64,000 nucleotides of DNA. Source: Pyrinomonadaceae bacterium. GTDB lineage: Bacteria; Acidobacteriota; Blastocatellia; Pyrinomonadales; Pyrinomonadaceae. The position numbers were made by a program, and so were the translations under genes. The stretch spans positions 192,013 to 256,012 of the forward strand of contig DATFGP010000022.1 in assembly GCA_035249365.1 (NCBI GenBank). Direction: 5' to 3'. Position 1 is the stretch's first letter; each line of letters begins with the position of its first letter. The notes below the pieces were generated by a model. It saw only the letters and a list, made by a program, of their open reading frames with translations, searched no databases and had not been told where the DNA came from. This document shows, piece by piece, positions 1-9,763 of this stretch.

Positions 1-122
1 AACGCGGCCTTCTAATATTTGTGCCGGTGAGGGAACTATTAGAAACTTAATACTTACTGTTGAACTTTAGTCACTTGTGCGAAAACCGGAGCTTTCGAGT
101 TCTGTCGGGTCTTCTTCTTCCG

Positions 123-548
123 CTAACGACGAATGTTGCCGACCGATTGTTGCAAATCGCCGGTCTCTCTTTTCTTCTCCGTCCCGCTTTCGAGCAGCGC
201 GTTGCAGGTGGCGATCAAATCTTTCAGTCCGGTCGGCTTATTCAAAAACGCGTCCGCCCCCGCTGCTATAGCATCCTCCTGTCGCAGGCTGCCGGTGAAC
301 ATGATGACTGGTGTGCGCCGACGATGTGCTAATTGACGCGCCTGCTGCACCAACTCCAACCCCGACTCGCCCGGCAGTTGCGCATCCAGGATGATCAAAT
401 CGTAATGATCTTCACCTTCGAGTTTTTTCCGCGCCGCCGTGCCGTCGCGACAAATATCAACGCGCCAACCTTCGAGTTCCAATAATTGCTTGACCGTGAA
501 GAGGACTAAGTCGTAATCCTCAACATAAAGAATACGAATTTGCTGCAA
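123..548 (-). CDS. Stand-alone response regulator receiver (CheY-like) domain protein
   Basis: 141 aa. D-D...D...T...K receiver pattern (DYDLVL...IILDAQLPGESG...MFTG). Confidence 0.75.
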   Translation of the reverse strand: MQQIRILYVEDYDLVLFTVKQLLELEGWRVDICRDGTAARKKLEGEDHYDLIILDAQLPGESGLELVQQARQLAHRRRTPVIMFTGSLRQEDAIAAGADAFLNKPTGLKDLIATCNALLESGTEKKRETGDLQQSVGNIRR

Positions 549-976
549 GTTGAGACACCTTCCTTCGCCAAAGGTGAGGTTGCTAAGAAGAACATGAGCG
601 TGACACCTAAACGTCTATACACTCGTTCGGTGGACGGGTGGCAACTACTGTTCCCCAATTTCGCGGGCTTCCCTGCCAATCATCTCAAAGGTAGGCTAAC
701 TGGCGTTTATATAGGCAATATGCCCGATTTCGAACGACGACGGGGCTAATTCCTGGCTTGAAAAAGAGACCGGCGATTGGTTCTTTGTTGAAAGATTTAC
801 ACAGCTACACTTTTCCAGAATCGCTTAAGCAGCGAAAACAGAGAGATTAACTTTGCTAGCGAGTATACTTGCAAACATATTCACTTTTGCCACAATTGGG
901 CGAGCATCGGCCAAAATGCTATACATGTCAGGCGCTACTTGAAAATGTTCGGGGTAATTGTTGATAAAGTGCATTT

Positions 977-1900
977 ATGAGGAAGATTTCAGACGCAAAC
1001 GGGCGTGTGCGGTTGGCGATATTTCTGCTGCTCGTGGGAGCGGTCGTCGGCGGTTGTTCGCCGCCACCCGAACAGAATCGCGGGCAGCGTTACGAGTTGA
1101 AAGGAAAGATCGTCTCTTTCAACAAGGCGCAGCAACAGGTAGTCATCCAGCATGAAGCCGTGCCCGATTTCATGGAAGCGATGACGATGCCCTTCACGCT
1201 CAAAGAAGACTCCGCCTACGACGTGATGCGCGCGGGCGACCGGATACAGGCAACTCTCGTCGTGGACGAAGGGCGCACGCGTCTGGAAAACCCGATCATC
1301 ACGCAGGCAATTGAAGGCGCAGCGCCCGCCAAGCCGGACGACGACGCCGCTGTAGGGCCGACCGAACCCGGAATCGGCGCGAGCGTCCCCGACGCGACGC
1401 TCGTCAATCAGGACGGCAAGCGGATCAACCTGCGCCAGTATCAAGGGCACGCGCTCGTCGTCACGTTCATTTACACGCGCTGCCCCCTGCCGGATTACTG
1501 CACGCTGATGAGCAACAATTTCGCCGCCATCAAACGCGAGCTGGACAAATCACCCGAACTCAGCGCAACGGGCGTGCATCTCTTAAGCATCACGCTCGAT
1601 CCGGCCTACGACACGCCGAAGGTCTTGCGCAGCTACGGCGCAGCGCACACGGAAAACTACGAAAGCGAAAAATTCGACGACTGGGAATTTGCGACCGGCG
1701 ATCCGAAAGAGATTCGACGCGTGGCCGCGTTTTTCGGTTTGAGCTACAAACAGGAGGGCGAGCAGATCGTCCACTCGCTCAGAACCGCCGTCATCTCGCC
1801 CGACGGCAAACTCTACAAGATGTTTCGCGGCAACGAGTGGAAGCCAGAGGAAGTTATAAGCGCGCTCAAAGAAATGCAAAGCGAGAAGCCAGCCTCTTAA
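977..1900 (+). CDS. SCO1/SenC family copper chaperone with an N-terminal Cu-binding (CusF-like) domain
   Basis: Thioredoxin-like CPLPDYC motif in the LVVTFIYTRCP context. The N-terminal region has a signal peptide, a lipobox-like GGC, and a Met/His-rich beta domain. Confidence 0.75.
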   Translation: MRKISDANGRVRLAIFLLLVGAVVGGCSPPPEQNRGQRYELKGKIVSFNKAQQQVVIQHEAVPDFMEAMTMPFTLKEDSAYDVMRAGDRIQATLVVDEGRTRLENPIITQAIEGAAPAKPDDDAAVGPTEPGIGASVPDATLVNQDGKRINLRQYQGHALVVTFIYTRCPLPDYCTLMSNNFAAIKRELDKSPELSATGVHLLSITLDPAYDTPKVLRSYGAAHTENYESEKFDDWEFATGDPKEIRRVAAFFGLSYKQEGEQIVHSLRTAVISPDGKLYKMFRGNEWKPEEVISALKEMQSEKPAS

Positions 1901-1905
1901 AATCA

Positions 1906-1938
1906 AAGTGGCGGCGCATGATGAACGCGCCGCCACTT
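1906..1938. terminator. Bidirectional hairpin terminator between convergent SCO1 and etfA
   Basis: AAGTGGCGGCGC-atgatgaa-CGCGCCGCCACTT perfect stem, seen directly in sequence. Confidence 0.55.
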
Positions 1939-1963
1939 CAATCTTCACTGAAACGATTCGCAG

Positions 1964-2944
1964 TTATCCTTTCAGTTTTTTAATTTCCTCCGTCAACACC
2001 GGAATCACTTCAAAGAGATCACCGACGATGCCGTAGTCTGCGATGTCGAAGATGGGCGCTTCGGGGTCTTTGTTGACGGCGACGATGGTGCTCGCGTTCT
2101 TCATGCCGACGAGGTGCTGGATCGCGCCGGAGATGCCGAGCGCGATGTAGAGTTTCGGCGTGACGGTCTGGCCGGACGAACCGATCTGGCGATCAATCGG
2201 CAGCCAACCTGCGTCGCAGATCGGGCGCGAGGCCGCGATCTCGCCGCCGAGCGCTGCGGCCAACCCTTCGGCGAGCGCGATGTGCTCCTGCGCCTTGATG
2301 CCGCGCCCGATGGCGATGATGGTGTCGGCTTTCGTCAGATCAACCGCCTGCTTCACCTCCTGGAAAGGCTCTTCCGGCTGCATCCTCACTTCGCCCACTT
2401 CGACCTGCAAAGATTCGACCGCTGCCGCAGCGCTTCCCTTCTCCGCCTGATCCGCGCGGTACGCGCCCGACTGAAACGTCGCGAACACTGGCGGCTCGCC
2501 CGACGCCACAACATCTGCGTCAATCTTCCCCTGAAAAATGCGTCGCGAGAACACGACCGCGCCGTCCGTTACAGTCGCGCGCACGCAATCGCTGATCAAA
2601 TCTTTTCCGAAACGCGCGGCGAGTTTCGGCGCGTAGTCGCGCACAAGATACGTGTGCGGCATGATGACGAATTGCGGGTCGAGCGCACGCACCGCAGCCT
2701 CCATCGCGTCGGCGTAACCGTCCGGCGTGTAGTCTGCCAGTTTCGCGTTTTCGACCGAGACGACCTTGTCGAGTTTGTACGCGGCGACTTCCGAAGCCAA
2801 CGCCGCGTCCGTGCCGAGCACGACGGCTGTGACTGTCTGGCCGAGCGACGCGCCGAGTTGTTGCGCGGCGGCCACGGCCTCAAACGACGTTTTATTGAAC
2901 GCACCACCACGGTGCTCTGCGAAGACTAGGATTCCGTTAGGCAT
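1964..2944 (-). CDS. etfA: Electron transfer flavoprotein alpha subunit
   Basis: 326 aa with typical EtfA C-terminal FAD motif ([33 protein letters not shown]). Confidence 0.9.
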   Translation of the reverse strand: MPNGILVFAEHRGGAFNKTSFEAVAAAQQLGASLGQTVTAVVLGTDAALASEVAAYKLDKVVSVENAKLADYTPDGYADAMEAAVRALDPQFVIMPHTYLVRDYAPKLAARFGKDLISDCVRATVTDGAVVFSRRIFQGKIDADVVASGEPPVFATFQSGAYRADQAEKGSAAAAVESLQVEVGEVRMQPEEPFQEVKQAVDLTKADTIIAIGRGIKAQEHIALAEGLAAALGGEIAASRPICDAGWLPIDRQIGSSGQTVTPKLYIALGISGAIQHLVGMKNASTIVAVNKDPEAPIFDIADYGIVGDLFEVIPVLTEEIKKLKG

Positions 2945-2954
2945 ATAATTTATC

Positions 2955-3030
2955 TATCGACCATCAGCCATCAGCTATCAGCAAACTCAACCTGTTTGAC
3001 TGACCGCTGATAGCTGGCGGCTGATGGCTT
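2955..3030. repeat. Foldback element, CCATCAG/CTGATGG heptamer type
   Basis: CCATCAGCCATCAGCTATCAGC ... GCTGATAGCTGGCGGCTGATGG inverted arms, in the etfB-etfA intercistronic gap. Confidence 0.7.
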
Positions 3031-3802
3031 AAAAAATTCTGGCTTCGGTTCGTAATTTTTCCGCGAGTTGGGCGGCTCCGGCTTTGGCGTCGCCGTCGCC
3101 AAGAAATTGCGTCTGTTTGGTCTTTTGCGGGAAGTAGACTTTCGTGACGCGCTGGTGCGCGGCAGCACTCGCGGCATCTGCGGCGGGCGCGACCTCTTTG
3201 ATCTCTTTCTTCTTCGCCGCCATGATGCCCTTCAAACTCGCGTAGCGAATCTGGCTGATGCCGGACTGAATCGTTAAGAGCGCAGGTCGCGTCATCGCGT
3301 ACCATTGATACCAGCCGCTCTCCAATTCGCGCTTCACACGCAACGCGTCGCCCGATGCGTCAACTTCGATCACGATGGTCGCGTGCGGCAATCCCAAAAG
3401 CTCTGCGAGAATGACGCCCGTTTGCGCGTAGCCGTTATCGTCCGACTGCAAACCCGTCAGGACGAGATCGGCCGCTTCGTCTTTGATTGCTTCTGAAAGA
3501 ACTTTCGCCGCAGCATACGGGCCGAGTTGCACTGTGTCGTCAGAGACGACGTGTATGGCGCGGTCAGCCCCGCGTGCGAGCGCATCTTTGATGACGCTCT
3601 TGACGCGTTGCGGCCCCATCGAACAGACGACGACTTCGCCGCCGTGCTTCTCTTTCAAACGCAGAGCCTCTTCGAGCGCGTAGCCGTCCGATTCGTTGAC
3701 CTCGTAGGAGAGATCGCTCTCCTCGATCCACGTCTCGCTTTTGTTTATGCGCAGGATCGCGTCCTTGTTGGCGACCTGCTTCATGAGCACAATTATCTTC
3801 AT
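3029..3802 (-). CDS. etfB: Electron transfer flavoprotein beta subunit
   Basis: 257 aa. MKIIVLMKQV... matches the EtfB/FixA family. Confidence 0.9.
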   Translation of the reverse strand: MKIIVLMKQVANKDAILRINKSETWIEESDLSYEVNESDGYALEEALRLKEKHGGEVVVCSMGPQRVKSVIKDALARGADRAIHVVSDDTVQLGPYAAAKVLSEAIKDEAADLVLTGLQSDDNGYAQTGVILAELLGLPHATIVIEVDASGDALRVKRELESGWYQWYAMTRPALLTIQSGISQIRYASLKGIMAAKKKEIKEVAPAADAASAAAHQRVTKVYFPQKTKQTQFLGDGDAKAGAAQLAEKLRTEARIF

Positions 3803-3922
3803 AGTCAGTTGTCAGTTGTCCGTAGTCAGTTGTTTTTTGTCCTTTGTCAGTTGCTCGATTCAATCTTTAGCAACTTGCTTGTCAGTCACATGCAACGGAC
3901 AACGGACTACTGACAACGGACA
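3803..3922. repeat. Foldback element, GTCCGTT/GTCAGTT heptamer type (R2), reverse orientation
   Basis: Arms TAGTCAGTTGTCAGTTGTCCGTAGTCAGTTG / CAACGGACAACGGACTACTGACAACGGAC. The loop shares the caagttgctaaagatt core with the other R2 copies. Confidence 0.8.
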
Positions 3923-3927
3923 GTTTT

Positions 3928-5184
3928 TCATTCCTCGAAACGTTTGAATAATAGCGCGGCGTTCGTGCCGCCGAAGCCGAAGCTGTTTGAGAGCGCGTAG
4001 TTGACGTGCGCCTCGCGCGGTTCGTTAGGCACGTAGTCGAGATCGCATTCTGGATCGGGGTTGACGTAGTTGATCGTCGGCGGGAGCATGCCGCGCGTGA
4101 TGGCGAGCACGGAGAAGACTGCTTCGATGCCGCCCGCCGCGCCGAGCAAGTGTCCTGTCATGGATTTGGTCGAACTGACCGCGATGCGGTCTGCGTGTGC
4201 GCCAAAAGTTTTGCGTATGGCGAGAGTTTCAAACTTGTCGTTGTAGGGCGTCGAAGTGCCGTGCGCGTTGATGTAGTCAACTTGTTCTGGCTGCGTCTGG
4301 CCGTCACGAAGCGCCATCTGCATGACGCGCACCGCGCCGGAAGCGGTCTCGTCGGGCATCGTGATGTGGAAGGCGTCGGCGGTCATGCCGTAGCCTGTGA
4401 GTTCGGCGTAAATCTTCGCGCCGCGCGCACGCGCAAACTCCAACTCTTCGAGGATCATGATCCCCGCGCCCTCGCCGATGATGAAGCCGTCGCGGTCGCG
4501 CTCGAACGGGCGAGAGGCATGCGCCGGATCGTCGTTGCGCGTCGAGAGCGCGCGCATCGCAGCGAATCCGGCCACGCTCATCGGCGTGATGGCCGACTCC
4601 GCGCCGCCGCAGATCATCACGTCTGCGTCGCCGCGCTGGATGATCTTGAGACTGTCGCCGATGGCATGTGCTCCGGCGGCGCAGGCTGTGGCCGTTGCGG
4701 AGTTTGGCCCTTTAGCGCCCGAACGTATGGAGACTTGTCCGGCGGCCAAATTGACGATTGCCGATGGAATGAAGAAGGGCGAGACGCGACCGGGGCCGTC
4801 GTCTAAAAGTTTCGAGTGCTCGCGTTCGATTGCCCAGAAGTCGCCGATGCCGCTGCTGATGTATGTGCCTACGCGCTCCGATACGTCGTCGGCAAACTTC
4901 TGCCCGCGCTCGATGAGTCCGCTGTCGTAGATCGCCTCGTCTCCGGCGGCGATGGCGTAGTGAATGAAAGCGCCCATCTTGCGCGCTTCTTTCTTCTCGA
5001 CGAACTTGAGCGGGTCGAAATCTTTGACCTCGGCGGCGATCTTGACCGAAAACTTCTCCGTGTCGAACTTCTTGATGTAGTCCACGCCGCTGCGGCCTTC
5101 CAACAAGGCCGCCCACGTAGATTCAACTGTCAAACCGACGGGAGTGACGAGGCCGAGTCCCGTAACCACGACGCGACGTTTCAA
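3928..5184 (-). CDS. fabF: Beta-ketoacyl-ACP synthase II
   Basis: 418 aa with an unambiguous KAS II sequence (VVVTGLGLVTP...CAAGAHAIGD...HGTSTPYND...). Confidence 0.95.
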   Translation of the reverse strand: MKRRVVVTGLGLVTPVGLTVESTWAALLEGRSGVDYIKKFDTEKFSVKIAAEVKDFDPLKFVEKKEARKMGAFIHYAIAAGDEAIYDSGLIERGQKFADDVSERVGTYISSGIGDFWAIEREHSKLLDDGPGRVSPFFIPSAIVNLAAGQVSIRSGAKGPNSATATACAAGAHAIGDSLKIIQRGDADVMICGGAESAITPMSVAGFAAMRALSTRNDDPAHASRPFERDRDGFIIGEGAGIMILEELEFARARGAKIYAELTGYGMTADAFHITMPDETASGAVRVMQMALRDGQTQPEQVDYINAHGTSTPYNDKFETLAIRKTFGAHADRIAVSSTKSMTGHLLGAAGGIEAVFSVLAITRGMLPPTINYVNPDPECDLDYVPNEPREAHVNYALSNSFGFGGTNAALLFKRFEE

Positions 5185-5358
5185 AATTCCTGCTCCTCCC
5201 TAAAGGGATTGCTCGTAACGGTTGCCGCCAACGCTTGCGCGCGAGCGTTCACATCTAGCGCGCACTATCCGGCAACAGCAAATTTCCGGCAAACTTAAAA
5301 CAGCTATAAGCGAGTCAACGAAGGTCTCGCGCATCCAGCGACCCGGCGCGCGGCTGCT

Positions 5359-5610
5359 TTACGCCTTGTTCAAGTGCTGCTCGATGTATTGATAGGCGTC
5401 GCGCACGCTCTGGATTTTCTCTGCGTCCTCGTCGGGAATCTCGATGCCGAACTCTTCTTCAAAACGCATGACGAGTTCGACAGTGTCGAGCGAGTCGGCT
5501 CCCAGATCGTCTATGAAGCGCGCGTTTGGCGTCACTTCATTTTCGTCCACGCCAAGTTCGTCCACAATGATCTGCTTCACTTTATTCTCGATCTCTGCTT
5601 GATCGGGCAT
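5359..5610 (-). CDS. acpP: Acyl carrier protein
   Basis: 83 aa with the DLGADSLD phosphopantetheine attachment motif. Confidence 0.95.
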   Translation of the reverse strand: MPDQAEIENKVKQIIVDELGVDENEVTPNARFIDDLGADSLDTVELVMRFEEEFGIEIPDEDAEKIQSVRDAYQYIEQHLNKA

Positions 5611-5691
5611 CGTAGTTTGTGCTCCTTCGGTCGGTTAAAAAATAGAAAAACTTATCTTGGTGTTGTGCGCAAATTAAAACACGCTCAACGC

Positions 5692-6654
5692 TTAATTGCC
5701 ACCGCTCGCGGCATCCGTCGCGGAGAGCGCGTCGCGCGCAGCCTCAAGGCTCTGAGCGTCTCCGACGTTCAAACACCGCGCGTCGGGAATAATCTGTCGA
5801 ACCAAACCGGACAGAACCTTGCCGGGGCCGACCTCCACGAACGTCTCGACGCCCGCTTGAGCCAGCGCCTCCACAGATTCAAGCCAGCGCACCGGCGACG
5901 AAACCTGCCGCACGAGCGACGCGCGCGCCTCGTTCCCACTCCGAATCGCTACGGCGTCAACGTTCGTGACGAGCGGCACGCGCAAATCCGCAAATTCCGT
6001 CTTGTCCAAATCCGCGCTCAGGCGTTCCTGCGCGGGCTGCATCAAAGCGCAATGGAAGGGCGCGCTCACTGGCAATTTCAACGCGCGTTTCGCCCCGCGC
6101 GCCTTCAACAACTCCATCGCGCGTTCGACCGCCGCCGCGTTCCCCGCGATCACGATCTGCTTCGGCGAGTTGATATTTGCAGGGCTGCACACTTCGCCAT
6201 CCTCTGCGGCTTCGCGGCACGCGTCCTCAATCGTCTGCAAGTCCGCGCCGAGTATCGCGGCCATCGCGCCAACGCCGACGGGCACAGCTTCCTGCATGTA
6301 ACGCCCGCGCGCGCGCACCGTCCGCACCGCATCCTTGAGCGAAAGCGCGCCTGCCGCGACGAGCGCAGAGTATTCGCCGAGACTATGACCGGCGACGAAC
6401 GCGGGCGACGGCAACCCTTCGGACTCCATCGCGCGCAAGGCGGCGACGGAGACGGTCAGGATCGCTGGCTGCGTGTTCTCCGTCAACTGCAACTGATCGG
6501 CAGGCCCCTCAAAACAGAGTTCGGAGAGCGCGAAGCCGAGCGCGTCGTCGGCCTCCGCGAAAACTTCGCGCGCCGACGCGAACCCTTCGGCCAACTCGCG
6601 CCCCATCCCCGCAAACTGCGAGCCTTGCCCCGGAAAAATGTATGCGACAGTCAT
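5692..6654 (-). CDS. fabD: Malonyl CoA-ACP transacylase
   Basis: 320 aa containing FPGQGSQ...GHSLGEY. Confidence 0.95.
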   Translation of the reverse strand: MTVAYIFPGQGSQFAGMGRELAEGFASAREVFAEADDALGFALSELCFEGPADQLQLTENTQPAILTVSVAALRAMESEGLPSPAFVAGHSLGEYSALVAAGALSLKDAVRTVRARGRYMQEAVPVGVGAMAAILGADLQTIEDACREAAEDGEVCSPANINSPKQIVIAGNAAAVERAMELLKARGAKRALKLPVSAPFHCALMQPAQERLSADLDKTEFADLRVPLVTNVDAVAIRSGNEARASLVRQVSSPVRWLESVEALAQAGVETFVEVGPGKVLSGLVRQIIPDARCLNVGDAQSLEAARDALSATDAASGGN

Positions 6655-6667
6655 TTGAAATCTTGGG

Positions 6668-6745
6668 CAAAGGGAAAGGGGTAAGGGGAAAAGGAAGAAA
6701 GTTATTCTTCTCCTTTTACCTTTCCCCTTTACCCTTTGCCCCTTG
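6668..6745. repeat. Foldback element, GGGGTAA/GGGGAAA heptamer type (R3)
   Basis: AGGGAAAGGGGTAAGGGGAAAAGGAAG ... CTTTTACCTTTCCCCTTTACCCTTTGCCCC, between fabD and fabH. Confidence 0.75.
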
Positions 6746-6753
6746 TCTTAAAC

Positions 6754-7746
6754 TTACCAGCGCATCAACACCGCGCCCCACGTGACGCCGCCGCCGAAGG
6801 AGGCGAGCAGTACGAGGTCGCCTTCGCTGACGCGTCCCTGTTCGACGCACTCGTCCAACGCAATCGGGATCGAGGCCGAAGAGGTGTTGCCGTGCATGGC
6901 GATGTTTGAGTAGACGATCTGGCTGTCAACTTTCAAATTGTTCGCCACCGCGTCCGTGATGCGCTGGTTGGCCTGATGCGGGATGAACAAATTCACGTCG
7001 TCGGCCTTGTAGTTCGCCTCTTCCAAAACCTCGCGCGAGATTTCGGCCATCGAACGCACGGCCACCTTGAACAGTTCGTTGCCCTTCATACGAAAATAAT
7101 GCTGGCCGCTCTCGACGTTCGCGGCGCTGATGCCGAGACGCGTGCCGCCGCCCGGGGCGTAAAGTTGTTCTGCGAAGCGACCGTCGGAGCGTATGCGCGT
7201 GGCGAGTATGCCGCGCTCGTCGCCCTCGCTTGCGCCGACGAGAGCCGCGCCCGCGCCGTCGCCGAAGATGACGCAGGTTGAGCGATCCGTGTAATCAACG
7301 TAACGTGTCAGAACTTCCGCGCCGATGACGAGCGCGTAGCGCGCCTGCCCGCCGCGTATCATCTGGTTGGCGAGCGTCAGGCCGTAGAGAAAACCGGAGC
7401 AGGCGGCGGCCAAGTCGAATGCGGCGGCGCGATGTGCGCCGAGTTCGGCCTGAATCAAACAGCCTGTCGAAGGGAGCACTTGATCGGGCGTGACGGTGGC
7501 GCAGATGAGCAGATCAATCTCAGATGGATCAATGCGCGCGCGTTCGATGGCCTGCTGCGCGGCGCGTACGGCGAACATCGAAGTGTACTCGCCTTCACCG
7601 GCCTTGTGCCGCTCTTTTATCCCTGTGCGCGAAGTGATCCACTCGTCCGACGTTTCGACCATCCGTTCGAGGTCGGCGTTCGTCAACACGCCTTCGGGAT
7701 AGGCGCGTCCGGTGCTCAAAATGCGGGCGCTTACAGTGTTCGCCAT
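6754..7746 (-). CDS. fabH: Beta-ketoacyl-ACP synthase III
   Basis: 330 aa with KAS III motifs (AACSGF..., HQANQRI, GNTSSASIP). Confidence 0.95.
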   Translation of the reverse strand: MANTVSARILSTGRAYPEGVLTNADLERMVETSDEWITSRTGIKERHKAGEGEYTSMFAVRAAQQAIERARIDPSEIDLLICATVTPDQVLPSTGCLIQAELGAHRAAAFDLAAACSGFLYGLTLANQMIRGGQARYALVIGAEVLTRYVDYTDRSTCVIFGDGAGAALVGASEGDERGILATRIRSDGRFAEQLYAPGGGTRLGISAANVESGQHYFRMKGNELFKVAVRSMAEISREVLEEANYKADDVNLFIPHQANQRITDAVANNLKVDSQIVYSNIAMHGNTSSASIPIALDECVEQGRVSEGDLVLLASFGGGVTWGAVLMRW

Positions 7747-7748
7747 CT

Positions 7749-8834
7749 CTAATCTCCAGCCTGCGTCACCTGAAACTTCACGTCCGACAAGACCAGCTCG
7801 CGCGCGTGCGTCTCGGCTATTCCTTCCTCGATGCGGTCGCTCGCGCCGTGCTCGGAAAATTCCTTGACGATGCGCACGGCGTTGCGAAGCGCACGCGCGT
7901 TTGAACTGCCGTGCCCGATGACGACCAGACGCTGCACGCCTAAGAGCGGCGCGCCGCCGTATTCCGAGTAATCGAGTTTCTTCTTCAAACGCTGAAAGGC
8001 CGGACGCGCCAGCATCGCTCCGGCCTTCGTGATGGCCGATGCGCTCAGTTCGCGTTTGATGAGCGAGATAACGGCGTCCTGCAAGCCTTCGGAGAGTTTG
8101 AGCATCACGTTGCCGGTAAAACCGTCGGTGACTATAACGTCAACCGCGCCCGTGAACACGTCGCGTCCTTCGACGTTGCCGACGAAGTTCAAACTGCTCA
8201 ACTCTCGAAGGAGCGGGAACGCTTCTTTCGTCAACTCGTTCCCCTTCGCCTCTTCCTCGCCGATGCTCATCAGGCCGACGCACGGCCTCGTCGTCCCCAA
8301 AACCGAGCGCGCGTAAGCGTCGCCCATGATAGCAAACTGCGCCATCTGGTGCGGCTTGCAATCCGAGTTCGCGCCTACGTCCAGAAGAAGCACGGGCTTT
8401 CCGGCCTTCGTCGGAATCAAGGCCGCGAGCGCGGGACGATCCACGCCCGGCAGCATGCCTATGACCATCTTCGCCGTCGCCATCGCCGCGCCCGTATTGC
8501 CCGCCGAGACGAAGCCGTCGGCCAAACCTTCCGCGACGAGTTTCGCGCCGACGCGCAGAGAGCTTTTCTTCTTGCGACGCACGGCTGTAGCGACGGGTTC
8601 GTCCATGCCGACGACTTCCGCAGCCTCGACAAACTCGATGCCGTTGTCGCCGTCCCTTCGCCAGCCGCAGCGACGCAACTCCGGCACAACCTTTTCCGGT
8701 TGGCCGACGAGAATGACGCCGATCTTGAGATCGCGCGCCGCCGCCATCGCGCCGTCAATTTCGGGATGCGGAGCGCGGTCGCTGCCCATCGCATCCAACA
8801 CGACTTTACCCGTCAGTTGGCGTCCTTGCTTCAT
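7749..8834 (-). CDS. plsX: Phosphate acyltransferase PlsX
   Basis: 361 aa, PlsX family, placed between rpmF and fabH as is usual. Confidence 0.9.
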   Translation of the reverse strand: MKQGRQLTGKVVLDAMGSDRAPHPEIDGAMAAARDLKIGVILVGQPEKVVPELRRCGWRRDGDNGIEFVEAAEVVGMDEPVATAVRRKKKSSLRVGAKLVAEGLADGFVSAGNTGAAMATAKMVIGMLPGVDRPALAALIPTKAGKPVLLLDVGANSDCKPHQMAQFAIMGDAYARSVLGTTRPCVGLMSIGEEEAKGNELTKEAFPLLRELSSLNFVGNVEGRDVFTGAVDVIVTDGFTGNVMLKLSEGLQDAVISLIKRELSASAITKAGAMLARPAFQRLKKKLDYSEYGGAPLLGVQRLVVIGHGSSNARALRNAVRIVKEFSEHGASDRIEEGIAETHARELVLSDVKFQVTQAGD

Positions 8835-8879
8835 CTTGAGGCGCGCGTCGGAAGTAAACGCAAACCGCTCCGAAATCGC

Positions 8880-9065
8880 TTAGACTTCTGTGTTGACGCG
8901 AACCACTTCACGGCCTTTGTAATGGCCGCACTTTGGACAGACGCGATGTGGCATGCGCGGCTCCTGACAGTTCGGGCAAGTCTGTGTCTGCGGCGCACGC
9001 AGCGCATCGTGCGCGCGTCTCTTTCCCGTGCGCGCCTTGGAATGTCTTCGTTTTGGATTAGGCAT
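8880..9065 (-). CDS. rpmF: 50S ribosomal protein L32
   Basis: 61 aa. MPNPKRRHSKARTGKRRAH with a CPNC...CPKCG zinc ribbon. Confidence 0.95.
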   Translation of the reverse strand: MPNPKRRHSKARTGKRRAHDALRAPQTQTCPNCQEPRMPHRVCPKCGHYKGREVVRVNTEV

Positions 9066-9095
9066 AATTATTCCTTAATTAAGTGACTTTTTTTA

Positions 9096-9179
9096 AGTGA
9101 CGAGTGACAAGTGACGAGTGACGAGCTAAAACTAAAACTTGTCTTTAGCTTGTCACTTGTCACTCGTCACTTGTCACTG
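9096..9179. repeat. Foldback element, GTGACAA/GTGACGA heptamer type (R4)
   Basis: AAGTGACGAGTGACAAGTGACGAGTGACGAG ... CTTGTCACTTGTCACTCGTCACTTGTCACTG. Its terminal TCACTG supplies the stop codon of the yceD-like gene. Confidence 0.85.
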
Positions 9180-9695
9180 TTTTTTCAACGCTGCGAGCGC
9201 AGCCCAGCGCGGGTCAATTTCCTGCTGCTCGCAACCGCATGTTTGTGAATTCAAATCCGCGCCGCACGTCGGGCACAAGCCCTTGCAATCCTCGCGGCAC
9301 AGTTGGCGCAGAGGCAGAGCCAGTAAAAGCTGCTCGTGCGCCAGTTCGTCAATATCTATAGAATCGCCTTCGTAAGTAGCGAAAATCAGTTCGTCCGCCT
9401 GTAACTCGGTCGCTTCGCGCTCCGTCTCGTCCAACTCAGCCGGAATGTATGCGACATCGAAATCCGCGTTCACGGGGACGACGACGGGCGCTAGGCAGCG
9501 GTCGCAGCGAACTTCGACCGAAGCGTTGATCGTCCCTTCTAAACGAACCTGCTCACGCCTTTTGCTCGCGCGCCCTTCGACTTTGGCCTCAGACGTGAGG
9601 CGCGTCAGTTCGTCTTCGAGTTGCAGTTCATCGGGCGCGTAGCGTGCGGCGAACGGCGTGCCCGCCTCTTTCAGTTTATCTACCTCGATCCGCAT
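9174..9695 (-). CDS. YceD/DUF177 family protein (large-subunit rRNA/ribosome maturation associated)
   Basis: 173 aa with C-terminal CxxC...CxxC. Conserved position upstream of rpmF. The last codon plus stop (CAG TGA) come from the R4 repeat. Confidence 0.8.
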   Translation of the reverse strand: MRIEVDKLKEAGTPFAARYAPDELQLEDELTRLTSEAKVEGRASKRREQVRLEGTINASVEVRCDRCLAPVVVPVNADFDVAYIPAELDETEREATELQADELIFATYEGDSIDIDELAHEQLLLALPLRQLCREDCKGLCPTCGADLNSQTCGCEQQEIDPRWAALAALKKQ

Positions 9696-9763
9696 GACTC
9701 TTCCCCAATGAACGCCCTACAGCCGCGAACATGCGGCGCACGCAAAAGGAGCAATTATAGCGG

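Noticed and set aside
2114-2929. 271-aa plus-strand ORF, and similar long antisense ORFs (4006-4806, 19200-19793, 20529-21281, 31592-33094, 22794-23678, 61354-62586)
   Set aside because: Each is embedded opposite or out of frame to a confidently identified gene. All show Arg/Ala-rich compositions with no motifs.
5374-6684. 436-aa plus-strand ORF
   Set aside because: It is fully antisense to fabD and acpP. It has Arg/Ala/His-rich composition typical of spurious high-GC frames, and no family resemblance.
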